DNA from: Vicugna vicugna
Taxonomy: Eukaryota
Direction: 5' to 3'
Length of the DNA: 64,000 nt
NCBI GenBank assembly: GCA_013265495.1
Contig: MU058451.1
Span: 124,001 to 188,000, forward strand
The notes under the pieces are model-generated. The model ran no database searches. It worked only from the letters and a program-made list of their open reading frames with translations, and had not been told where the DNA came from. This document shows positions 24,801-36,419 of the stretch, in pieces; the first letter of the stretch is position 1; every line of letters starts with the position of its first letter. Made by a program: the position numbers and the translations under genes.

Positions 24801-27265
24801 GGGTGTGAGTCTCATTAAAGGCAGACAGAGGATGGGTTATGGAACCCTTAGAGTCAGCGTTGGGCCAGCAGAAATCCTAAAACCGTGGCTGGACACCAGG
24901 AAGCTGAGGGGTCAAGTCTGAAGCCCATCCCTGAGGGTGCCGGCTGCACACCGCCACCCTGGGTTCTTGCACCTGTGCACGTGGGTATTTCAAACCTGAC
25001 TGAGGACCTTTAATGTCACCAGTCACGTTGCTAAGAACCTGACAGATGAAACCCAATCAGGACACTTGCTACACTGATAAACACAATTCTGAAGTTGGCC
25101 ACAGGTGTGGAATTTTCTCACAAGCGGCCAGCAGCCCCCTGCAATGAGCCTCCTCATCGGAAACTAGTGGGCCGTGCGGAGGTGTCTCCCAGGTTAGCTG
25201 CTCCTAAAGTTTATCCACCCTTCCCAGGTAAGCCACCTGGATACGTGCAAGGACCGTGGAGGCTGGAGGACAGGGCTTGGAGCCATGCCACTGACACAGC
25301 CCACATAGGATGGTCCTGTCCTGGGCACTCTTCTGGAAACTTTCCACTTACCTCCCTGAGTCGGCCTCCTTTCCTGGTCCCCACTGCCTCTTTTCTTGCT
25401 TCCTCACCTCTGCCTGGGGAGAACAGCAGGTGAGGGTGACATGTTAGCAGGTGGCAGCCCCACAACTCCTGCAGAAGGTCCAGCGGAGGTTCGCTCAGAC
25501 CAGGCCACCCGCACGGCCACGGCCCCTCACTCCCAGCCGCCGGCCCAGCCCCACAGCCGCTGGCAGGGCAGGGAGTATGGCCTGAGGTGCACCTGCTGTG
25601 CTCTTGCTGCCTGGAGGGGGTGTTTACACAGACCTCAATCCAGGCTCACCTGGGAAGGGCTGGCCAGTCAGGCTGCCCAGGTCGGCCAGTCCGCACCCAT
25701 CAGGGGCTCATAGTTGCAGGAAATGGGCCTTGTTGAGCCAGTCAGTCCCAGGAGCAGCGGTGGGGGCCTGAGGGTCAGGACGGCCTTGGGCGGAAGCTCT
25801 GGCTTGTTTTCTGATCATTTTACCTGGCCCATGAGGTGGGGCAACTTCCAGCAGACCCTCTCTGCATGAGAAAGAACCAGGAGACAGGGAGAGGAGGGGT
25901 GGTGGGCAGGACAGAGGCCTGTTGCCCCGGATGCTGTGGAAGCCTCTGGAAGAGTGAGGGAGGGAGGCTGCACAGCGTGAAGCCCAGGTCACAGACATGT
26001 CCCGGAGCTGCTGTTTGTCAGGTCAGGTCCTGCTCCGAGGTGCTAAGGGTCAGGTGGGGCTGGAGGGTGCTCTGCATCCAGGGCTATGTGCACGGTTCCT
26101 GTGTGCCGAGCCCTCCTGGGGCGCCTGCCTGGGTCAGCCCGTGCGCTGGGAGGGGCCTGCCCAGCTGATTCCCGTATCCTGAGACACGTCTGCCCACGTG
26201 AGCCCCGGGGGCTGCTGGGTGCCTGCCCACGTGGGCCCCGTGCCCTGGGAGGAGCATGCGAGCAAGCGTCTTTTCTTTGCAGCCGGCACAGAGCTGCTTA
26301 GTAACTCGCCTGTGGGCAGCGCTGGGAGTGGATGAGAACCAGGAGAAGCTGCGGGCCCCTGACCCCTGTCCAGGCCCATCCCCAGCAACGAGGTCAGTAG
26401 GTGGGTGACGGGCAGCCCCATGGGTACCTCTTGTTTCTTCCACCTGACACCTGGGAGGCTTCCCCAGGATGGAGTGCACAGCCCGCCTTGGGCAGGTGGG
26501 AGCTCCTGGTGACCCCGCTAGAGACACAGGAAGGACCAGGCAGAGTCATGGGGCTCAGGGCCAAGGGGGCCTCTCTGGGTCTGACTGGGAGTGGACCAGC
26601 GCGGGGTGAGCTCCAAGAAAGCTGCCCTGGTGACGTGACACTGAACCTGCTTTAGGGTGACCCTCAGAATAGGATTGTGAAAGGAATCTCATTAAAGGAA
26701 GGTTTTGTGACACGAATCCCACTGAAGGGATGGCTCTGCAAAGTGAATCCCCCTGAGAGGAGGCTCTGTGAGCTCTTCCCCTCAGAGGTGGGACGCAGAG
26801 CCTGAGGGAGCAGGCAGTCACCCTGGGCGGGTGGTGGATGCAGACCCTGCTCTGTGGCCCCGCATTTGTGCTTCTGCGTGGGTTCCTTGGCTTCTCAGAG
26901 CCTCAGCTTCTCAGTTTGTGCCATGACAGCAGTACGGATGGATTAGAAAGTTGCTTAGAACAGGATGGAAAGGAGCCTTGTGGAAATTTCGTAGAATACT
27001 AACTTTAGGGAACCGCAGGTCTTTAGCACTGGGAGAGTAAACCTGGATTTGCAGATCTGTAGCGGAGCCTGAGCATGGGCTCAGCTCGGAGGATTTTCCG
27101 ATTTCCTGAATCATGGACCGAGGAGGCTCTGGTGGGCAGTGGCAGGTTCAGCCCACACCTGGAGGCATCCGGACCTCAAGGTTCAGCCTCGCCTGAGCCC
27201 TGTGTCCGGGCCCCCAGAGGGTGAGCAGGACAGGCTGGCCTCCTTCTTGGCCCCTTCCCTCCCAG

Positions 27266-27424
27266 GACGCGCGAAGTCCAGGCTGGCTTCAGGGAGAAGC
27301 AGGGATCGGGGGCGGGTGCCGCATGTGGGAACAGGACACGGGGCATCTTGTGAACGTGGGCGTCCATGCCAGGAACGTGGGTTGGTGGGACACAGACCCC
27401 AGGAGGTACAGACGGTGGGGCTGG
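27266..27424 (+). pseudogene. regucalcin-like pseudogene, remnant of first coding exon
   Basis: ccccttccctcccag| acceptor and phase-1 G|gtggag donor; across frameshifts reads (T)REVQAGFREK / GIGGGCRMWEQDTGHLVNVGVHARNVGWWDTD / QEVQTVGL, versus RGN [50 protein letters not shown]. Confidence 0.7.
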
Positions 27425-28682
27425 GTGGAGCTTCTCTGATCACTGGGGAGGAAGGGCTGAGCAGCGGTGGTGGGGTGACTGTTCTCGTCCCCTGGTGGCC
27501 CCTCAGGCTCTGAGTCAGGGAGCCCACCAGGGAGGGCTGGAGGGGTCAGGCAGGAAGCACCGGTGGGTCAGCACGTGTGCAGATGCTTCCAGCCTGTGTC
27601 CAGCGGGAGCTCTCAAGGTTTCAGGTTCACACGAGCAGATCAGCTTCTGGTGAGCTTCGTTTATTTTCTACACAACGCAAAGTCCTAACATCCCGTGTGT
27701 CCACTGCCTGTGGACAGGCACGTCTGGTCTGTCACCAGGTGCTGCCTCTGAGTCCCTTCTGACTGGATGCCTGGCAACCCATGTCACTGCATCATGACTG
27801 TGTGTCACATGGTGTCAGCAAATGGTCCAGGCCCATGAGGAGCCGGGTTGTGGCTGTAGGCGTGCCCTCCGCTCACCCCACAGGCAGAGACCACTGTCCC
27901 CTTGCAGAGTAGGAGGCAGAGACGGAGGTGGGTCTCACACCTGGGTTGGGGCCTGCGGGCTGGCAGGTGGAGGTGGTCAGCAGGGGTCCACGAGGGAAGG
28001 TTTCAGCCTGTTTACACGGAAGATGTGAGCGTGGGGGCAAATGCAGAGCTGCCTGCAGACACTGCTCTGAGAACCCCTGAGTTCTTTCCTGAGAAGACTG
28101 GGGAGAGGGTATTCAGGCTCTAGGGCAAACAGCTGGTTCTGGGGTGCTCTTGGGGGGAGTCAGTGCATAGCCACAGGGGCTCAGCCTGCAAAAGCCCAGG
28201 ACCACTCCCAGAAAGGCCAGGGAAAGTTGTTCTTCCACCAACTAGCTGGGGAGGGTGGGGGTGGGGCCTGCAGGGCCACCCTCACCTTCGAGGACTTGCT
28301 GGGAGGCTCATGGGACTCAGAACCTGCTTGCATGCGCACAGCTAAGATGGGTCACGGTGTGCAGTGGGGACGCACGGGGGATCCCTGCACTGGCTGCCTC
28401 ATGCCCCCTCCTTCCTTGTGAGGGTTTGGAGAGCCTCTTGCTCCGGGGACAAAGGCAGAACCATGACATTTCCCCCAAGGCAAGCTCATTAGAGGCTTGG
28501 CCCCTGGCTGGGGGCTGGTCACATGGCATCCTCTGCCCTCACCCTCCACAATGCCAGCACCCAGACGCGGGGCTTGTGTTCAGCTTGAACCCCATGGCTT
28601 GGGCAGCCAGTGTACGCGCAGGGGGCCGCCCCTAATGGGAGGGAGGGTTCAGATCGGGGCAGGGGCTGTTCAGCAGCTGCAG

Positions 28683-29124
28683 TAGATTCCTGGGGGCGAC
28701 CATGACAAATGACCACAAATGGAGGCTCAGAACAACAGACATTTATCGCCTCTCAGTCCTGGAGACCAGAAGTCTGAGATCAGCGTGTCCCAGGGCTGAG
28801 CTCCCTCCAGAGGCTCCGGGGGAGGGTCCTTCCTGTGTCATCCTTTGCCTTCCAGCTTCTGGGGGCTCCAGGTGTCCCTGGGCTTCTGACCACATTTCTC
28901 CCCTCTCTGCCTCAGTGTTCATGTGGCCTCTCCTCTGTGACGCTCCTGTCTCTTATGAGAACACCGTCATTGGATTTAGCACCTCCCTGATCCAGGATGA
29001 TCTCACCTCAGATCCTTAACTAATTATATCTGCAAAAAGCCTATTTCCAAATAAGGTCCCTTTCACAGGTTCTGGGGTCAGGACATGGGCATAACTTTTG
29101 AGGGCCCCCATTCAACCCACTACA
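28683..29124 (-). mobile_element. MLT1-type MaLR solo LTR
   Basis: acaaatgaccacaa...aacaacagacatttat...ccagaagtctgagatca...tctgcaaa...tatttccaaataaggtc...attcaacccactaca, typical of MLT1. Confidence 0.85.
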
Positions 29125-29285
29125 GCAGCCCCGTTCCCAGATGTCGGCCGATGGCCATCCTTGCTGGCTGACGTTCCTCAGGACAGCAGTCAGGCTGGTG
29201 ATGTTCTTTTTGTGCAGAGGCTCTTTATTTCCTGTTGCAACTCGAGGGGAGGGGATGAGGCTGGCTGACCTCCCATCCTTTCCCG

Positions 29286-29500
29286 GGACCTTGCCGAGGC
29301 CCCTTCCCTGGGCGTGTGGGAGCGTGGCCAGGGTTCCCTGTGCCCACTGTACCCTGACTGCTTGGTGGTCAGACACCTGCACGGGCTGGGCATCCCCAGA
29401 GGACTGGACTGGCCTCTGGAGCACTGCACCTTCTACCACATTGACAGCCTGGTGCTTGGTGTGTGGGCCTGTGACTATGCCCTGCAGACAGGCAGGACCG
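29286..29500 (+). pseudogene. regucalcin-like pseudogene, remnant of the exon matching RGN residues about 116-188
   Basis: LAEAPSLGVWERGQGSLCPLYPDCLVVRHLHGLGIPRGLDWPLEHCTFYHIDSLVLGVWACDYALQTGRT aligns without gaps to RGN [70 protein letters not shown] (about 33/70 identical by hand). Confidence 0.9.
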
Positions 29501-30346
29501 GCGGGAGCCCTCCTACCTGCCTCGTGGCCTCCAGCCCACCACAGGCCCGCCAGTCCTCCTATGAACAGCCCTGTCCCATTAGCCCCCAAGAGGCCTGCTG
29601 GGAGGGGTGAGAACTTCACTGGGAAGATGAGACAGGGCAGGCCCTACCATAGCAGGTGTTGGCCAGCACCGGGTGTTGGGGTGTTTGTTCCCCAAAGGCC
29701 CAGGACCTGCGTGTCTGAGCCATGAGGGCTCTGACTCAAGGGGTTCACTCCGCCTGCAGGGAGAGCAAGTCCTTGGGTGATTTTCCAACCCTCCCCTCTG
29801 AGGTCCCAGGAGTCCATTCGTCTTCCTGGGGCACTCTTGGGTGACAATGCTGGTGGTCGACACAGCTTATTGTGGGGTGGGGAGGTGGCTCTAAGGCCAG
29901 AATCCGGGAGCCTCTTGAGGAAGCAGTGTCCTGACTCGAGGAGGACAAATGGACAGGCAGGGACAGGAGGGAGGCCCAGGGGGCAGTCGCTTCAGGCCTG
30001 GGGGAGCAGGCAGGTAGGGGACATCGGAAGCAGGTGGCCTTGTCTGCCTCAAGGACATCCTCTGCTCCCAGGAGGGCAGCTGGCCAGGTCGTGGCGAACG
30101 TGGAGGGGTTTGAAGATGTGTCCCTAGGCCGCCTTGGAGGAGAAGCGCCTTGGTCGTGTCTTGGGACACAATCGCGAGCCTGCTGGGGAGTGTGCTGGGT
30201 CAGCGGCACGTGGGCGCATCCAAGACCCTTCGGAGCTGGACTTGCCTCCTCCAGGCCTAGCCCTGTCGGGGACTGGGGGCAGCTGTTACTGCAGGCACTG
30301 CCCCTGGCTGGGAGTGGCTGGCACGTCCCCTGACCTGTCGTTACAA

Positions 30347-30474
30347 CCAAGCCGAGGCTGCTGTACCGGCTGCAGCAGGAGCAGGGCCAGTGGGTGGGAT
30401 GTGCGTGGACGTCTCAGGAAAGCTGTGGGGTGCTTGCATCGATGGAGGCTGGCTGTCCACTGGGCACAAGACAG
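30347..30474 (+). pseudogene. regucalcin-like pseudogene, remnant of the exon matching RGN residues about 188-232
   Basis: KPRLLYRLQQEQGQ /frameshift/ GGMCVDVSGKLWGACIDGG...KTG versus RGN [44 protein letters not shown]. Confidence 0.88.
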
Positions 30475-30609
30475 GAGCAAGCTGGACAGCAAGAACAGCC
30501 CAAGTAGGGAGGCTGCTGCGTGTCCTCGGTGTTCAGGACCCAGTTGAGACACTCATTCAGATGCTGAGAGGTTTTTTCCTCAGGTGCCTCGTGTTTCATC
30601 ACCTGGCAT

Positions 30610-31031
30610 GTGCGAGGGTCCTAGGGCAGCCGTGATAACGTGCCACAACTCGGGGATGGGGGCTCACAGTGGCAGAAATTTATCCTCTCGCAGCTCTGGG
30701 GCTGGAAATGCAAAATGAAGGTGTGGTTGTCCTGGAATCTTAGGGACATCTGCCCTGGCCTCTGACTTCTGCTGGTTTCCAGAAATCCTTGGCACTTCTG
30801 GGCTTGGGGCTACATCACTTCCACCTCTTCATCACCACGTGGCTTCTCCTCTGTGTCTGTGTCCAGATCTCCCTCCTCTTACAAGGACACCAGCTGGTGG
30901 ATTTAGGGCTCTCCGTAATCCGGTATGACTTACATCTTAACTACATCTGCAAAGACGTCCGAAAATAAGGCCTCATTCTGAGGTCAGAATGGACATAAAT
31001 TTGGGGGTTGGGCACTATTGGACCCACAGTA
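30610..31031 (-). mobile_element. MLT1-type MaLR solo LTR
   Basis: cagaaatttatcctctcgcagctctgg...cttacaaggacacc...ggatttagggc...tacatctgcaaagac; same family and orientation as 28683-29124. Confidence 0.8.
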
Positions 31032-33199
31032 GTAGGTGAGGGAAGATAAGGAACGAGACGTGACCACTGAACTAGAGGGGTCATGAGATTCAAAAAACAG
31101 GCAGGTAGCTCCATGTGATCAATGCATTGGCTTCTTATCAGGTAACTTTCACAGGGTGGGTTCAGAAGCGGTGGAGCTACACTACGCGTGGCCAAGCGGT
31201 CACTGGGACAGTTTACAGTTAATTTGGTGGGGGAGGCGGGGGAAGGTGCTTGGAGACAGGACATGAGCTGGTAACACCAGCCTGTCGACGCATGCACGCT
31301 GCCTGCCCTGCATACCCTCCCCACAGTGGTTGGAGTTGAGCCCTTGCTCCCCACCCTCCCCCCATTGCAGAACTGGCCGCCAAGGCCTCCTGGGGAGCCC
31401 TCCCCAGCCCTGAGTTCGAATCCTGCCTGAGGCTCTGGAAACAATACACTCAGCTCAAGCCAGCCTACAGAGGTCACGCAGAGGTCATGCAGAGGTCCGA
31501 GTCGTCTGGTTCCCGAAGCAGCAGGACATGACCCTAGACACAGTGGGGTCCCTGGGAACAAGCGTGAGGTCACGTCTCAGGGCCATGGACCCTGTCTAGC
31601 TGGACGAGCAAGGCCTGTCCCACCACATGACCTGTGGCCCTGACTCTGTGGCACCTTCTCCAGATCTGCCTGCCCTCTGGTAAGGCTGTCACCATCACTG
31701 ACGCCGTCCTGGGCCTGGACAGCTCCTCCTGTCCTCATGTTGACCCTACCCAGGACCGTACTGGGCAGTCAATCACTTCTCTGTCCTCAAGGCCTTTCTA
31801 GCTCAAAGTTACTATTTAATAATTATTAGGATCACGTGGCGTCTATGCTCTGTTGGTCCCCGATGAAAACCTTCGCTGAAGTATTCCCGGCACCCACAAG
31901 ACCAGTTACCCATCCGTGAACCTTGACTTAGGGACGTTTGGACCTTAACATATTTTGTCTGTCGTGGAAATTTAGACCTTAGCACCTGTCTTACACCAAG
32001 TTCATTTAGACCTGTGTGTCGTCTGCACTGAGAACATTGTGTTCTGCTCAGCCTAGGACATGGACTAGCTTCAGTACTGGGAAGGCCTGTCCTGCACTCG
32101 AATGTCCGTGCTTAGGTGTCTGGGGTCTGGAGCTGAGGCCAGCTTGTCCAGGAGATGGCACTCTGTTCTGAGTTTGGCTACGTGGTCCTCCCAGGGGTCA
32201 GTGCTGTGGTAAGGGCCTTAGTCCCTAGATTCCTACTGGGTTCACCTTTTCTGGGCTCGTGGAGACTCAGGTGGGCTGCCTGGTAATTACTTCAATTCAC
32301 CAGCACGCACACAGCGAGTAGGGAGGCAGGCTTCCCTGGTGACTTGATTGCTGGGCGCGCGGGGCTGGGTGCGGGGTCGATGGGCAGCAGGTGAGGCGGC
32401 CGCCGTGATCTTCTTCCGGTCGGCCATCCCTGCGTGGCGGAGTCCGGACCTGCCCGTCCTCTTTCAGCCCTGCTGTCCCGTGAGTTTTCTCAACACCTCA
32501 GTGAGAAAGGAAAGGGCCGAGCACCCAGAACCAAGGTAGTGTGTTTAACTTTAGCCCCTAAGTGTCAAAAACAATTAGTCGTGCAAAACCAAAGTGAAAC
32601 CAGCAGGGGACTGATCCTATACTTTTTTCTGCAGTCCCAGGAGGTCCCAGGGACCCAGCTTGTTCCCATGCTGGGGCCCCACCTAGCACAGCCACGGTGT
32701 CCTGACCAAGGGGACCTGTGACCCTGGGTGCAGGGTCTGGGGAGGTGGGGTCTCACCCCACCTGTATGGGTCAGACTCAGGTGCAGGAGGAAGCCCCATA
32801 TCTGCTCTTTGCCTGCAGTGTGTCTCGTCTTCTCTGAGATTCCCAACATCTGAACTGAGGGTGTTGCCCTGATTAACCCGAGGTCCCTTTTCTTCTTTTA
32901 ATCTTGTCACGTTCATAAGAGAACAGGCACCTGTGAGCGGGTTGCTGCTCCATGTTCTCCTGAGTGACAGATAACCCTTGGTGGTATCATATCACGTATC
33001 ATATCTAATCCGTGGGGGTCACTGCTGTCTGGGTTCCCCTGGACAGAGCTCAGGTAGCACACAGACAAGTCTCCCTAAGAATGGTCCCCCAAGTGCCGTG
33101 TGAGGGTGTGATATGGCCCCCAAGGTGGGGGACAGTGCTAGGGTGTCAAACATTTGTAATAAAGGGAGTCAAATTGGAATCTCAATAAGACATTGCTTT

Positions 33200-33796
33200 T
33201 TAAAAAAATTTTCAATTGAGGTATAGTCAGTTTACAACATTGTGTTAGTTTCTGATGTGCAGCATAATGATTTGGTTATACACACATATATATATTCCTT
33301 TTCCTATTTTTTTCATTGTAGGCTATTACAAGATATTGAATATAGTTCTCTGTGCTATACAGTATGAACTTATTTATCTATTTTATATATGTTAGTATCT
33401 GCAAATCTCAAACTCCCAATTTATCCCTTGCCCCCCTCCCCACCCCCATAACCATAAGTTTTCTATGTCTGTGAGTCTGTTTCTGTTCTGTAAATAAGTT
33501 CATCCTTTTTTTAGATTCCACATATCAGTGATATCAGGTATTTTTCTTTCTATCTGGCTTACTTCACTTAGAATGATGATCTCCAGGTCCATCCATGTTG
33601 TTGCAAATGGCATTATTTTATTTATTTATTTATTTTTAATAGAAGTACAGTCAATTACAGTGTATCAATTTCTGGTGTACAGCACAAAGTCCCATTCTTA
33701 TATAGACATACATATATTTGTTTTCATAGTTTTTCCATTAAAGGTTATAAAATATTGAGCATAGTTTATTCTTTTTTATGGCTGAGTAGTATTCCA

Positions 33797-33845
<49 letters not shown>

Positions 33846-34600
33846 CGTGTGCGCGCACGTACAACTTCTTTATCCAGGCATTTATTTGTCAATGGACATT
33901 TAGGTAGCTTCCATATCTTGACTATTGTAAATAGTGCTGTTACAAACATTGGGGTGCATTTATCTTTTTGAATTAGTTTCTTCCAGATATATAACCAGGA
34001 GTGGGATTGATGATGGGTCACAGGGTAAGTCTATTTGTAGTTTTTTGAGGAATCTTAGTACTGTTTTCCATAGTGGCTGCACCAAACTACATTCCGACTG
34101 ACAGTGTAGGAGGGTTCGCTTTTCTCATACACCCTCTCCAGCATTTATCTTTTGTGGACTTTCTAATTATGGCCATTTTGACTGTTGTGAGGTGATCTTG
34201 TAGTTTTGATTTGCATTTCTCTGGTAATTAGTGATACTGAGCATTTTTTCCTGTGCCTATTGGCCACCTATATGTCTTCATTGGAGGGATGTTTATTCAG
34301 GTCTTCTGCCTAGTTTTTGATTGGGTTGGTTGTTTTCTGTTACTGAGTTGTATGAGCTGTTTGTATATTCTGGAAATGAAGCCCTTGTCAGTTGCATTGT
34401 TTGCAAATGTTTCTCCCATTCTGTAGGTTGTCTTTTATTGTTTATAGTTTGCTGTGCAAAAGCTTTTGAGTTTAAGTAGATCTGATTCGTTTATTTTTGC
34501 TTTTATTTCTATTGCCTGGGTAGACTGATCTAGAACATTGTTACAATTTAGAGAGTTTGCCTATGTTCTCTTCTAGGAGGTTTATGGTGTCTTAATGTTT
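33200..34600 (-). mobile_element. LINE-1 3' portion containing a nested younger L1 3' end (about 33620-33765)
   Basis: L1 3' UTR and ORF2 motifs (IQKDKCTPMFVTALFTIVKIWKLPKCP); sequence similar to 21110-21888. Confidence 0.9.
33798..33863. repeat. (TG)n(CG)n alternating purine-pyrimidine microsatellite
   Basis: Directly visible, inside the L1. Confidence 0.95.
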
Positions 34601-36235
34601 AAAGGACATCCATTTAAAAAGATTATTTTAAGTGAAATAAAACACGTCACACACCATTTACCATCGTCACCATTTGAAGTGCATGTTTCTGAGGCGTTAG
34701 GTACATTCACCTTGTCATGGAGCTGTCGCCACCATCCCTGGAAATATTCATCACGTAAAATCAAAATCCCACAAGCATGAGAGTCTCACTCACTTCCCAC
34801 CCTCTCCTGCAGCCCCGGCCCCGACGGCCACTTTGGTCTGTAAGTTGTCAACTCCAGGGCCCGCACTTGAGTGGACTCCTGCAGTGTTTGCCAACAAGGC
34901 ATTCGGGCGGAGCTGACTCTCAGTCTGAAGCTCTGCCTGTTTGCATCTGAACAAGCAGCATTTAGAGAGAGGTATATGAGGGACAGGTGAGCCAGGACCC
35001 GACCAGCCGCCCAGGGGGGCCCTCTGGTCCCATCTCTTGGGCTCTGCCTTGTCTGTGTCCTTGCTGGCACCCCTGGGACGCTGGTGTCTGAGTGAAATTC
35101 CTCTGGTGTCCCTGCTCCCACTCACTCTGTGTGCTGATTTGGGGAGGGGGCTGCTTGCCGGGTGTTCTCTGCTCCTGTGGCAGGAAGGACACTGCAGGAT
35201 GGACCTGCAGAATGTGGGGTGCGATGCCAGGAGTGTGGGGCCCACAGAGGACCCAGCACCTGGGCTGTGAGACGGGCTCGGGCCTCCGTATTGCCAACAC
35301 AGGGTGTTCCCAAGGCCCCGCTCAGGACGGGGTAGTGGGTGGCCTGGGACCCCAGAGGCCTCACTCCTGTCTTGGAACTAATTGGTTACTAGTGTGAACA
35401 GAAGTTGTTGATGTTTGTATATTCTAACCATCTGAGCTTTTTGACTCACTCCAAGAGCTGGTCAGTAGATTCACTGGGGCTTTCTCTATAGATGGTCAGA
35501 TTGGCTGGAATATTCTACCTCTTGTATTCCACCAGCATGGATAGTGGAGTGGGCCTCCTTATTTTGTCTGACTTTAATCTTTTTAATATTTCACCACGAA
35601 GTGGACGTATCACAGTGGGATTCTATCAGATAACTTTAAATAACTTTAGAAACTTTACTTTGCCTAGAGGTTTTATTTTTCCTTGAGGTTTTCTCATGAA
35701 CCGGGGGTGAAATTGATCCTATGCACATTTATCAAATGGCATCTATTAAGTTAATCATTTTCCTGTCCTCTAATTTGCTAGCATAGTTAATAGGCTAGAT
35801 AGGATTTTCTAATCACTTATTTTGTTTTTCATATATTTAAAAAATACAATTCCAGATTGTATTCATTATAATGATTCATGTAGTTAATGACCCGGGTTTT
35901 AAGTATTGTACTTGCCTTGTCTATCAAGCATTAAGTCAATCTATCAGAACCATTATGATTGTTCTAATGTGTTAAGTATAACTTTCATAGGTCAGTCAGA
36001 AGTCCGTGTGATTCTCGTTAAGTGTGTTTTGAAGAAGTGTCTGGAGGTGGTAACACCATTAGGACTCAGTGGCCCTACATTCGACCTGTATTTGCCAATA
36101 AGCTGTTCGGTAATCTTAAGCAGACATACCCCTCTTGGCTTCAAACTGAAAACCTAGAAAATGGGCCATTGGGAGAATAAATGTTAATGTGCTAGGAACA
36201 GTATCTACTATTGTATAAATGTAAGAAATTATTAA

Positions 36236-36325
36236 GGGGGGGTGGGTATAGCTCAGTGGTAGCATGCACGTGCAGCATGCCAAGAGGTCCCAGGTTCAAT
36301 CCCCAGTACCTCCATAAAAAAGAAA
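36236..36325 (+). mobile_element. tRNA-derived SINE (Vic-1-like)
   Basis: gggtatagctcagtggtag...ggttcaatccccagtacctccataaaaaa. Confidence 0.85.
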
Positions 36326-36419
36326 ACTTATAAAATTATAAGTCAGGTAATTTTATATTTAACTGCAATTATGAATGAAGACACAATATAAACACATGAA
36401 AATCTCCAAAGCCATGTAA

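Noticed and set aside
27575..27810. Missing regucalcin-like exon (RGN residues about 55-116)
   Set aside because: Only vague echoes (SRVSTA, DW, CIMTV); the conserved RFNDGKVDP.GR motif could not be found anywhere in 27425-29285.
29041..30350. 190-200 aa ORFs (29041-29619 -, 29141-29725 +, 29745-30350 -)
   Set aside because: Shadow frames in GC-rich sequence, partly overlapping an LTR; only the 29314 and 30390 frames carry recognisable homology.
35165..35300. Acceptor followed by GRTLQ as the regucalcin KRLQTVKLP exon
   Set aside because: Similarity ends after five residues and there is no SCCFGG motif.
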